Shown here in pieces: positions 1 through 8,765 of a DNA stretch of 64,000 nucleotides (position 1 is the first letter of the stretch; each line of letters begins with the position of its first letter). The stretch comes from Clostridia bacterium. Lineage in GTDB: Bacteria; Bacillota; Clostridia; Oscillospirales; CAG-272. Under the pieces are notes generated by a model. It saw only the letters and a list, made by a program, of their open reading frames with translations, was not told where the DNA came from and made no database searches. A program made the position numbers and the translations under genes. The DNA lies in the NCBI GenBank assembly GCA_017621755.1, contig JAGASL010000011.1, positions 15,550-79,549 on the forward strand, written 5' to 3'.

Positions 1-1607
1 CCGAGGAATATTCCGATGAGGGGTATCCCATCTTGGCAATCGAGTACGCGCACGCCATGGGCAACAGCCCCGGGACACTTGAAGATTATTGGGATTATAA
101 CTACACCCACGAGAAAATGTTGGGCGGCTTTGTATGGGAGTTCAGAAGCCACGGGATGGAAGCGATCGATGGGAACGGCGATAAGTATTATCTTCACGGC
201 AGTGACTTCGGCAATCCCTATCACTGGGCAAACTTCTGTCTCGACGGGTTCTTGACCTCCGACGGAACGCCTAAACCCACCTGGTGGGAGCTTGGCGCGG
301 TATCCTTTGCTGCCTATACCAGATACGTAGATGGGCGGCTTGTTATCAAAAACACCAACGATTTTAAGGATCTTTCCTATCTGACAGCGCGCTATTGCAT
401 TGAGGCGGATGGGATCGTTATAAAAGAGGAGGATCTTCCGCTTCCAAGGATAAAGCCGCACGAGACATACGAGGTAGAGATTGATACCTCCTCCGGCACG
501 GTGATTCGCGGTGCCCGATATTTCCTCTCTGTGCTGTATTATGAAGGAGATGCTTGCGTTCATCAAAAGCAGTTTCCGCTTGACATCGTATCCTCCAAAG
601 AGACGTTCGTTCCTGTTCCGTCTGAAAGCATTCTGCGTGTGGAGGACTATGTTCTTTCCGTCAAACGCGGTGAGACGGAGGTACGGTTTGAAAAGGGATT
701 GCTTGCATCACTATCCTACCGGGGTACTCCGATGCTTGCGGACATGCGCCTCAATATTCACCGCGCCTACATTGATAACGACGGCATCCTTCACGGGTGG
801 TTCCCGGGGCAGCGCGCCAAATGGGACAGCACGTTTCTTCGGTACTTCCAATTTGCACTGCACGATATCCGCGTAACAGACGAGAAGGACAAAACGGTCG
901 TGACTGCTATTGGAAGATTTACCGTGTCTTCTACGTATGCGGGCTTTTTTGTCAAATTCGTCTATGAAATATATAGTGATGTTGTGGTTGTTACGATAAG
1001 TGCCGAGCCGTACGGCAATATTCCGGCCATTCTTCCGCGCATCGGTGTTCACTTTCATGTTGATAAGCAGCTTTCGCTTGCACAGTGGCTTGGTCGCGGT
1101 CCGTTGCAAAACTACCTCGATGCAAAGATGAATGCTCCCGTTGGCAGATGGGAAGGGGAGGTTCACACCCTAAACTTTCTTTACGATATGCCGCAGGAAA
1201 CAGGAAATCACGAGGACGTGTCTGCTCTTACGCTTTCGGGTGCGCCTGGAAAGATATCGGTCATTGGACTGGATACGTTCTCCTATTCCTATCATCCCGT
1301 TTCACTTGACAACCTGACCGATGCTCAGCATAGAAACGAGCTTCGGGAGGATGACAGTAATCACTTGTATATTGATTACAGAATGCGCGGCCTCGGCAGT
1401 CAGTCTTGTGGCCCCGAACCGGAGGAGCCGTATGAGCTGCGAGCGCATTCCTTCCGCTTCTCCTTCGCGATTGCCCCGACAGACTTTGAGCGAGCAATAC
1501 AGCTTGCGCGCAGAGACTTTGGGACGAAGAGCGCACGCTTATCAGACGATTATGCCTATCAAAAGCCGGAGCGCATTCCACAGATCGCGGATTGTGAGAT
1601 CCTTTGA
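1..1607 (+). CDS. beta-galactosidase (GH2 family), C-terminal part; the 5' end lies outside the window
   Basis: The frame is open from the window edge. AIEYAHAMGNSPG matches the GH2 LacZ nucleophile motif EYAHAMGNS. About 520 aa of downstream domain follow, ending at TGA 1605-1607. Confidence 0.85.
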   Translation, partial: EEYSDEGYPILAIEYAHAMGNSPGTLEDYWDYNYTHEKMLGGFVWEFRSHGMEAIDGNGDKYYLHGSDFGNPYHWANFCLDGFLTSDGTPKPTWWELGAVSFAAYTRYVDGRLVIKNTNDFKDLSYLTARYCIEADGIVIKEEDLPLPRIKPHETYEVEIDTSSGTVIRGARYFLSVLYYEGDACVHQKQFPLDIVSSKETFVPVPSESILRVEDYVLSVKRGETEVRFEKGLLASLSYRGTPMLADMRLNIHRAYIDNDGILHGWFPGQRAKWDSTFLRYFQFALHDIRVTDEKDKTVVTAIGRFTVSSTYAGFFVKFVYEIYSDVVVVTISAEPYGNIPAILPRIGVHFHVDKQLSLAQWLGRGPLQNYLDAKMNAPVGRWEGEVHTLNFLYDMPQETGNHEDVSALTLSGAPGKISVIGLDTFSYSYHPVSLDNLTDAQHRNELREDDSNHLYIDYRMRGLGSQSCGPEPEEPYELRAHSFRFSFAIAPTDFERAIQLARRDFGTKSARLSDDYAYQKPERIPQIADCEIL

Positions 1608-1637
1608 ACATGAAATTTGTATATGGAGAAGAGTAAA

Positions 1638-3704
1638 ATGGAATTGAATTTGAAACAACTTTATCTGTCAGTAGACTTTCAAAGCGGTTTTATGACATCG
1701 TTGCAGATCGGCGGTTGCGAGCGCCTGGTGGAAAAATCGCCTCTTTTTAGAATTTGCTTACGAGACAAAGAAGGGAGCACGGTGGTTGTTACCGCGGCGG
1801 ATGCCCGCGCTTGTACTGAAACAGAAGACGGCGCTTGTTATTCCGATTTTTTGATGCTGCCATTATCCGTAGATACCACGCTGAAGGAGGAAAACGGAGA
1901 GGCGGCATGGCGAATTGCTGTGACACCGCCATCCGGATTCTTTGTGGAGTGGGTTGAGTATCCTTTGGTAACGCTTCCTGCTCTTCAAGATAACAATCCG
2001 CTTGGTAATGGCGGTAAGATACTGTTTCCGTATAATGAAGGGGCATTGATTTCTGATGCGGATTGCAGAGAGGGAACCGACTTCCGTTATGAAGAGCCGC
2101 AGTATCCGTCCAAAGGATGCTATGCGATATTCCCCAATATGGTTTTTTCGCAGATGCTTGCCTACCTTTGGAAGGATGTTGGCTTGTATATCGGCGCGCA
2201 TGATCGCCAAAGAGGGGTCAAGGATGTAAATTTTTACCGTGTAGAGAATGGTGTAACATTAAGATTTCGCCTGTTTTGCGGAACCGGCTTCGGTGAAAAA
2301 TTCGCCCCGGATTTTCCCATCGTTTTTGCCGTTACAGAAGGAAAGTGGGAAGCGGCGGCTGAGCGGTACAGAGCGTGGTTTGAGAGCAACCTTCCACGCA
2401 ATGTCAAAAAGATCGGTGCAAATGACGCTATTCCTGCTTGGTATGAAGATTCGCCGTTGGTTGTTTCCTACCCGGTGCGCGGTATACACGACAGGGATGA
2501 GATGAAGCCGAATCACCTGTTTCCTTACACAAACGCCTTGCCTGTTCTTGAACAGATCAAGAATGCCGTCAACTGTCGTCTGCTTGTTCTTTTGATGCAT
2601 TGGGAAGGTACGGCGCCTTGGGCGCCGCCCTACGTGTGGCCACCGTATGGCGGTGTAGATTGCTTTAACGAATTTTTGCATGCGTTGCACCAAAAAGGCG
2701 ATCTGCTTGGTGTATACTGCTCCGGCTTTGGGTATACGCTGCAAAGCAATTTGATTGCAGAGTATAATAAAGAAGCGGAATATACTCAATTAGGCTATGA
2801 AAAAGCTATGTGCGCCGGTCCGGACGGGAAAATTTCCATTAGTAATATTTGTCGGGCACAGCGTTCCGGCTATGATATTTGTCCCGCTTCTGAAACCGGG
2901 CGGTCTATTTTAAGGGAAGCGTATACCCCGTTGATTGAAACCAACATTGACTATGTTCAGATCCTGGATCAAAATCACGGCGGCGGACAGTATTTTTGTT
3001 ACAGTCGCGAGCATGGACATGCGCCTGGGCCCGGCCCTTGGATGACGGAAACTATGCAGGAAATGCTGAGCTCATGGAACGATATCGCCGATAAGACGCT
3101 TCTCGGTTGTGAATCTGCGGCGGCAGAGCCATTTATCGGCAATCTGCTTTATAGCGATAACCGCTTTGAACTGAATTATCAAATCGGCGTTCCGGTGCCT
3201 TTATATGCCTATATATATCACGAATATATCCGTAATTTTATGGGCAATCAGGTGTGTTGCCCGCTTGATGCCACGCAGGACACCTTGCGCTATCGTCTTG
3301 CATATTCTTTCTGCGCCGGTGACAGCATGACATTGGTGCTGACGCCGCAGGGCGAGCTGATGACCTCGTGGGGAATGAAGGATTTTTCGTATTTGCCAAA
3401 CAAGGAATATGCATTCTGCATGATACGCAATCTTATGGAATTTTACAAAAAGGTTGCAAAGAAATACCTGTTTTCCGGTCGTATGATCGCGCCGCCAAAG
3501 GTTGCATGCGAAAAGGTGCAGATCGCAACAAGAAATTCCAACCATGTCGTTGAGCTGGAGACGGTGCTTTCCTCCGCTTGGGAAGCAGCGGATGGCAGCC
3601 GCGCTTTGATACTTGTCAATCCGAATGCAGAAGAAGCGGTTTGCACAGTGGAAGGGGGAAAAATAAAAGTTCCGCCACTGTCGGGAATTGCGGTTGATCT
3701 ATAA
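1638..3704 (+). CDS. uncharacterised glycoside-hydrolase-like protein (about 688 aa), function unknown
   Basis: Long ORF with consistent codon usage directly after the GH2 gene. GGAG lies upstream of the ATG at 1638 (MELNLKQ). There is no signal peptide. The family was not recognised with confidence. Confidence 0.6.
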   Translation: MELNLKQLYLSVDFQSGFMTSLQIGGCERLVEKSPLFRICLRDKEGSTVVVTAADARACTETEDGACYSDFLMLPLSVDTTLKEENGEAAWRIAVTPPSGFFVEWVEYPLVTLPALQDNNPLGNGGKILFPYNEGALISDADCREGTDFRYEEPQYPSKGCYAIFPNMVFSQMLAYLWKDVGLYIGAHDRQRGVKDVNFYRVENGVTLRFRLFCGTGFGEKFAPDFPIVFAVTEGKWEAAAERYRAWFESNLPRNVKKIGANDAIPAWYEDSPLVVSYPVRGIHDRDEMKPNHLFPYTNALPVLEQIKNAVNCRLLVLLMHWEGTAPWAPPYVWPPYGGVDCFNEFLHALHQKGDLLGVYCSGFGYTLQSNLIAEYNKEAEYTQLGYEKAMCAGPDGKISISNICRAQRSGYDICPASETGRSILREAYTPLIETNIDYVQILDQNHGGGQYFCYSREHGHAPGPGPWMTETMQEMLSSWNDIADKTLLGCESAAAEPFIGNLLYSDNRFELNYQIGVPVPLYAYIYHEYIRNFMGNQVCCPLDATQDTLRYRLAYSFCAGDSMTLVLTPQGELMTSWGMKDFSYLPNKEYAFCMIRNLMEFYKKVAKKYLFSGRMIAPPKVACEKVQIATRNSNHVVELETVLSSAWEAADGSRALILVNPNAEEAVCTVEGGKIKVPPLSGIAVDL

Positions 3705-3777
3705 TAATATTTTTTGCTTTCACAAGTGGCATCTTAACGGATAACCGCATCCAAGCCATTCTTCCAATCAATAAGAT

Positions 3778-3827
3778 GGACACATCATGTTGGGCTTTTG
3801 CCCGGGTGATGTGTCCAATATTTTTTT
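3778..3827 (+). terminator. rho-independent terminator
   Basis: GGACACATCA (3778-3787) pairs with TGATGTGTCC (3807-3816). The inner hairpin is GGGC-TTTT-GCCC, and AATATTTTTTT follows. Confidence 0.6.
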
Positions 3828-3849
3828 ATTTTTAAGGAGAATTTTCAAG

Positions 3850-4203
3850 GTGAAAAAGATTAGAATGGCAAGGGGTGTAAGGCTAACTTTTGAGGAAGGC
3901 TGTAACAAGTATTTGGAGAATTGTCGTCAGAGGAATTTGCGAGAGGGAACTGTTAATCATTACAGGCAAAGTTATCTGCATTTCTATAAATACTTTGATC
4001 CCAAGATGCCGATAGAAGATATTGATGAAAGCACTTATAAAAATTATGTTCTGCATCTCAAATCAACTCTCGACAATGACGTCAGTATCAATTCTTATCT
4101 GCGAGATCTAATAACTACACTTCACTTCTTTATGAACGAGGGCTACCTAATTTTGACTATGGGCCTCTTCGAGTCCCAGACAACGAATCGGTTACGGCGC
4201 TAA
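3850..4203 (+). pseudogene. tyrosine recombinase/integrase fragment (N-terminal SAM-like domain only; catalytic domain missing)
   Basis: AAGGAGA RBS, then GTG 3850 or ATG 3865. MARGVRLTFEEGCNKYLENCRQRNLREGTVNHYRQSY...SINSYLRDLITTLHFFMNEGY looks like the N-terminal core-binding domain of Firmicutes site-specific integrases. The ORF ends after about 115 aa with an unrelated tail, and the segment is AT-rich. Confidence 0.7.
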
Positions 4204-4324
4204 ACACGCCGTATTTGCTACGCAAACCCCGCTTCGTTGCATCGGTGCGTAGCCATAACAAACTCACCGATAAATCAAAATTTGCAAATTTTCATCTGAA
4301 ATCAGACACAAGAAAAATATCGGG

Positions 4325-5128
4325 TTACGGTGAGGCGGCTCTATATTTTGAAGGAGACACGCCCTCGGCTTGGTAAAACAGTCTGGAAAAATACAGTGCG
4401 TCGTGATAACCGACGGTCGCCGCAATCTCCTTGACGGGATGATCGGTAGTCACAAGCAATTCCCTCGCCCTCTCCATGCGGATCTTCAAAAGATATTGCT
4501 TGGGCGAGCTTCCCGTTTGCCGCTTAAACAGTCGCGAGAAGTAAGCGCTGTCAAGAAACAGGCTGTCCGCCAGCTCCTTGATGTTCAACTCATTGCCGTA
4601 GTTGCGATGGATGATCTCCAATGCCGAGCATACGGGATCGGGGGCTCTCGGGGGCGTCCTTGACAAAAGCGTGGCAAACAGCTGGCAAAGAAGCGCCTGA
4701 AATCGGCATTGAGCAAGCAAGGAATTGTCATATCCCATGTCGCAAAGCGTGTCCAGTATCCTCGCCGCCGCTTCGTATTCCATCGGACGAAATACGGGAT
4801 TTTTCCTTGTAACGCCAAGCGATGCCAGAAGCACCTCCACGCAGTCACCGTCCACGCCCACCCACTTGATGGACCAATCGGTCTGCGCCTCATAGTATAT
4901 CTTTTCGCCTGGAAACATGACTAGCATATCATGAGAACCGAAGGAAATATTGCCGTCCTCACGATAAAGTGTAGCGCATCCCTTTTCCACCAGCACCATC
5001 AGAAAATGGGAACGGATCTCAGGACCGTAAACATGATCCTTTGTTTCGATTCTTCTGCCACAGTAGTACATTCCCGCATTGACCGAAAAGGTCTCCACGT
5101 GAATTTCAAATAACGTAGGATCTGTCAT
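4325..5128 (-). CDS. AraC family transcriptional regulator (cupin sensor plus HTH)
   Basis: The C-terminal part LDSAYFSRLFKRQTGSSPKQYL...YHDALYFSRLFYQAEGVSPSKYR is a typical AraC double HTH. The start is placed at ATG 5128 (MTDPTLFE) because a consensus promoter lies inside the longer ORF. Confidence 0.85.
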   Translation of the reverse strand: MTDPTLFEIHVETFSVNAGMYYCGRRIETKDHVYGPEIRSHFLMVLVEKGCATLYREDGNISFGSHDMLVMFPGEKIYYEAQTDWSIKWVGVDGDCVEVLLASLGVTRKNPVFRPMEYEAAARILDTLCDMGYDNSLLAQCRFQALLCQLFATLLSRTPPRAPDPVCSALEIIHRNYGNELNIKELADSLFLDSAYFSRLFKRQTGSSPKQYLLKIRMERARELLVTTDHPVKEIAATVGYHDALYFSRLFYQAEGVSPSKYRAASP

Positions 5129-5150
5129 AACAGCACCGCCTTTCAACGCC

Positions 5151-5179
5151 ATTATAGCCATTATATCATATAAAGTCAA
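5151..5179 (-). promoter_or_regulatory. sigma-70-type promoter for the AraC gene
   Basis: On the minus strand: TTGACT (5179-5174), a 17-nt spacer, then TATAAT (5156-5151). Confidence 0.5.
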
Positions 5180-5271
5180 AAATATCCATACCTATGTCAA
5201 AAAAAGATATTCCGATAGCAAATGCAAACGCTTATAATAAAAAGGAATTGTACCGAAAGGAGCGTTTTGTC

Positions 5272-6966
5272 GTGAATATAGAAAAAATCAAAAACGGATA
5301 TTCCATGATTTCGGACGGTGTAGGCTTTGACTTTTTGTGCGAGCGCACACCTGAGGAACATGGCGATCTGTGCCGCATGACGGTGGAGGGTGCTGTTCCC
5401 GTACCGCGTATTGAGGCGGGCGACAGACTGCTTTTGCCCGTGGACGAGGGAATCGCCATCAAAGCCGACAAACAGTACGCCTCGGGCGAGGTCAACTGCG
5501 ATGCGCTGGGAGATCGGTTTTGCACTCGAAACGGCACTATGAGCATGATCATTGTCGAGCGTCGGCGCAAGTATCTTCTGATCGCTCTTGACAGCGGCTT
5601 ACACGCCGAGTACCGCGCCACAAGAGAGGACGGACTGTACCGCCTTGCCATAACCTGTCACAAGGCTTGCGGCGTAACGTACGGTATTTTTGATACCTTG
5701 GCTGAGGCGTGTCAGGGCTACCGCCGCATCAAGGGCATCTCCCCCGTACCGCTTTCCCAGAAACTTCGCGACAATCCCGAGATCGCCAAGCTGATCGGCG
5801 GCGCTATTTTCTGGGTGTGGAACGATCATTACGACGAGGTGATGTACGCCGACCGAAATACCGACGTTTGCCCCGAGGTGGGACAGTCGCTTTTGTCCGT
5901 TGCGGAGCGCCTTTCCCTCGACGGTGTCGACAAGGCGATGTTCGGACTGTTTTTCGACGGAGATTCGGTCTTCACCGAGCCGCTATACAAAAAATTCGGG
6001 TATCTTTGCACCCAATACGACAATTACAACGACGTGCTTGATCCCGCGCTTCTGAAGCTTGTTCCCTCCAATCGCGCCAGAAATTGCGGCTATACCGCGC
6101 GGCGTATGAAGGACTTTCCCGAAGGGGTTTGTATTCTTGAGGACGGACAGATGATGAATGCGTGGGCACTTCGCGGCTACGACGGACAGTACCACAGGCA
6201 AAAAACGCTTTGTCCTGCCGTTGCCGCCGACAGAATGCGTGAGGAAATCCCCGCCATTCTCGAACAATACCCCTACTATCGGGGGCGTTTTATCGACGTA
6301 TACGGGGTAAGGCTCGGAGAGTGTCACAGCAAGGCGCATCCCGTAACAAGAGAGCAATGTCTGGAGATCAAAAAGCAAGCCTTCCGCGATCTTGGTGACA
6401 TGGGTCTGATCGCAGGCACGGAGGACGGATTTGAGGATCTCGTCGATTCACTTATATACACCGAGGGCTTGCACAGTCCTGGTAGCTTCCGCATCTATGA
6501 GTGCGGACGCAAGCACCCCCATATTTATGACCGAGAGCAGGCGGAGCATCTGGGCAAAAACATGATGGACCCCGCAAGCCGTGTGCCGCTTTGGCATCTG
6601 GTGTATCACGACTGCTTGTTGGCTTTTCCCTATTGGGGGGATTCCACCGACGCCTCTCCCACGCACATGAAGAGCAGGATCCTTTTCGCCTGCCTTTACG
6701 GCTGCGCGCCGCTGTACTCGTTCTTTGTCAAAAATTTTGAGCAGCTTCGGGCGGCTATCGTCGACAGCTATCAAAAGATCACCGCGGTGCATGAAAAGGT
6801 GGCAACACTTCCCATGACCGACTTCCAAAGCCTCACCGACGATCATCGGATACAGCGGTCTGTCTTTGGAGAACGATACGAGGTCATTGCCAATTTCTCG
6901 GATTCCGTCTATATGTTCCAAGGGCATAAAATTGCGCCGATGGATCTGTTTTTTGGGGAGCTGTGA
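5272..6966 (+). CDS. uncharacterised protein, putative glycoside-hydrolase-like enzyme (about 564 aa)
   Basis: Long ORF divergent from the AraC gene. AAAGGAG plus 9 nt precedes GTG 5272, and TATAAT at 5233-5238 lies inside the longer 5194 ORF. No signal peptide is present. The family was not recognised. Confidence 0.55.
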   Translation: MNIEKIKNGYSMISDGVGFDFLCERTPEEHGDLCRMTVEGAVPVPRIEAGDRLLLPVDEGIAIKADKQYASGEVNCDALGDRFCTRNGTMSMIIVERRRKYLLIALDSGLHAEYRATREDGLYRLAITCHKACGVTYGIFDTLAEACQGYRRIKGISPVPLSQKLRDNPEIAKLIGGAIFWVWNDHYDEVMYADRNTDVCPEVGQSLLSVAERLSLDGVDKAMFGLFFDGDSVFTEPLYKKFGYLCTQYDNYNDVLDPALLKLVPSNRARNCGYTARRMKDFPEGVCILEDGQMMNAWALRGYDGQYHRQKTLCPAVAADRMREEIPAILEQYPYYRGRFIDVYGVRLGECHSKAHPVTREQCLEIKKQAFRDLGDMGLIAGTEDGFEDLVDSLIYTEGLHSPGSFRIYECGRKHPHIYDREQAEHLGKNMMDPASRVPLWHLVYHDCLLAFPYWGDSTDASPTHMKSRILFACLYGCAPLYSFFVKNFEQLRAAIVDSYQKITAVHEKVATLPMTDFQSLTDDHRIQRSVFGERYEVIANFSDSVYMFQGHKIAPMDLFFGEL

Positions 6967-6967
6967 T

Positions 6968-7849
6968 ATGACATACGCCTTGATTCTTGTTCTTTGCGTG
7001 CTGGCGGCATCCAAGGTCACGCTGCAATCCCGATTTTCCAAAACACAAAGTCGTGGCGCGGCTGACAGTGTTTTTTACAACGGTATGGCGTTCCTTACCG
7101 TAGCGGCGCTGTTTTGTCCCCTGCTGATCCGAAACGGCGCAACCCACGCCACCCTTTTCTTCGGCGCTATGATGGGCATTCTCAGCGTTGCCTTTCAGTT
7201 GTTCTATCTTCTTGCCTTTTCGCGAGGCAAAATGACCTTGACAGTCATCCTCAACAACTTCAGCATGATCCTCCCCATGGCGGTATCCGTGATTGCCTTC
7301 GACGAGCCCTTTGGCATGGCCAAGGCACTCGGAACGGCGCTAGCGTTGATCTCCTTCTGCCTGACCGTGACAAGAAAAAAAGAGGCGGCAGAACGCCCCT
7401 CTGACAAATATGATTGGCTGTGGCTGATCTTTACCCTGCTGGTCTTTCTTTCCAACGGCTTGATCTCCATCAACCAAAAGACATATGCCGCCGTCTCGGA
7501 ATCGCTTCAGCCGTTTGAATTTGTGGCCGTGGCATATATTACCGCCTCGCTTCTGTCCTTTTTACTGCTGGGGGCACTTGCTCTCAGCAAAAAAAACCGC
7601 CCCCAAAAGCCGGTGGGGCGAGCAATGCTATCCCCTTGTCTCGTAGGGCTTCTCCTCGGCGCATTTCAGGTTTTGAACACCTACGCCGCATCGGTGCTTG
7701 ACGGAACGGTGCTATATTCGACGTATAACTGTGGCATCTCGGTATTACTGTGCGTTATCGGGCGGGTGCTGTTTCGGGAAACGCTTTCCAAAAGGCAATA
7801 CGTGGGCGTTGCTATTGGAATTGCCGCCATCGTTTTTCTGTGCCTCTGA
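6968..7849 (+). CDS. polytopic membrane protein, DMT/EamA-like transporter (about 293 aa)
   Basis: ATG 6968 lies 1 nt after the upstream TGA, which suggests translational coupling. The protein has roughly ten hydrophobic segments and begins MTYALILVLCVLAASKV... Confidence 0.6.
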   Translation: MTYALILVLCVLAASKVTLQSRFSKTQSRGAADSVFYNGMAFLTVAALFCPLLIRNGATHATLFFGAMMGILSVAFQLFYLLAFSRGKMTLTVILNNFSMILPMAVSVIAFDEPFGMAKALGTALALISFCLTVTRKKEAAERPSDKYDWLWLIFTLLVFLSNGLISINQKTYAAVSESLQPFEFVAVAYITASLLSFLLLGALALSKKNRPQKPVGRAMLSPCLVGLLLGAFQVLNTYAASVLDGTVLYSTYNCGISVLLCVIGRVLFRETLSKRQYVGVAIGIAAIVFLCL

Positions 7850-7898
7850 TTCGCGCTCCCGCAAATTCGTTTCCCCTATTGAAATAAATACGTCCCCA

Positions 7899-7939
7899 AC
7901 GGCGAAAAGAAGGTGCGCTTTTCTCTCCGCCGTTTTTTT
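7899..7939 (+). terminator. rho-independent terminator
   Basis: ACGGCG...CGCCGT stem with nested GAAAAG/CTTTTC, followed by TTTTTTT. Confidence 0.6.
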
Positions 7940-8119
7940 GCGCCGATAAAGCTACACGGAACCTTTCCGTAAGATTTTATTCACGCAAAAGGCAGTAGAA
8001 ATCGGTATATAATTAAAATAAGATAATTTGTGCTTGCCCCACTATTGGTATAGACAAGCAACAGCAAATAAAAAGACGGAGATGAAAGAAAATTGAGTAA
8101 TAACACCAATAAAAACACG

Positions 8120-8530
8120 ATGAGAAGAACCAAGATCATCTGCACCCTTGGCCCTGCCAGCCGAAAGGAGGACATCCTCGCGCAAATGCTGAAAAACGGC
8201 ATGAATGTGGCGCGTCTCAACTTTTCTCACGGCACGCACGAATATCACGAGGAAAGCATTGAAATGTTCCGCCGTGTCCGCGACTCGCTGGGACTGCCCG
8301 CCGCAGTTATGCTGGATGCCCGCAGTCCCGAGGTACGCGTAAAGGACTTCGAGGGCGGCCGTGTTCAGCTGACAAAGGGCAATGAGTTTGTCCTGACCTC
8401 CCGCGAGGTAATGGGCAATAGCCACGAGGTCTCGGTAACCTACCCGATCTTCCGAAGTAGCTTTCCGTCGGTCAGAAGGTGCAGATCGATGACGGTCGCA
8501 TTATGCTGAGCGTCAAGTCAATGATGGGAC
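8120..8530 (+). pseudogene. pyruvate kinase paralog remnant (N-terminal ~135 codons; frameshift, in-frame stop and 3' truncation)
   Basis: MRRTKIICTLGPAS...MNVARLNFSHG...AAVMLDARSPEVR matches the N-terminus of pyruvate kinase. After VSVTYP the frame shifts: DLPK-TAG-LSVGQKVQIDDGRIMLSVKS reads in the +1 frame. The rest of the gene is absent. Confidence 0.8.
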
Positions 8531-8645
8531 TAACGCGTAGAGATGATGGGCCTGATCGGCGCAGGTAACAACCCTATGGTCGGTATGACCGTCGCCGTTG
8601 CCGCCCTCGTCGAAGAGGCAATGAAGTAATTTTTGTAAAGCATAA

Positions 8646-8677
8646 GGCTCCCGTGCTTCGGCGCGGGAGCCTTTTTT
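8646..8677 (+). terminator. rho-independent terminator
   Basis: GGCTCCCGTG / CGCGGGAGCC stem with a CTTCGG loop, followed by TTTTTT. Confidence 0.7.
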
Positions 8678-8765
8678 GCAATGCGACATTTGCGCCTTGC
8701 TTTTTGCAAGCAGATATGCTATACTTGTTTTACATAGCACGCTATCATATAAGAGAGGTATCAAT

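Noticed and set aside
5194-5271. N-terminal extensions offered by the ORF track. Examples are 5194 for the 5272 gene, 4325-5179, 6866 for the transporter, 8676 for the beta-helix gene, 38095 for lepA, 42813 for the URO-D gene, 40171 for the TSCPD gene and 59752 for the GH-like gene.
   Set aside because: The extensions contain promoter hexamers or the 3' ends of neighbouring genes, and they lack RBSs. Downstream starts have good Shine-Dalgarno spacing and give family-typical N-termini.
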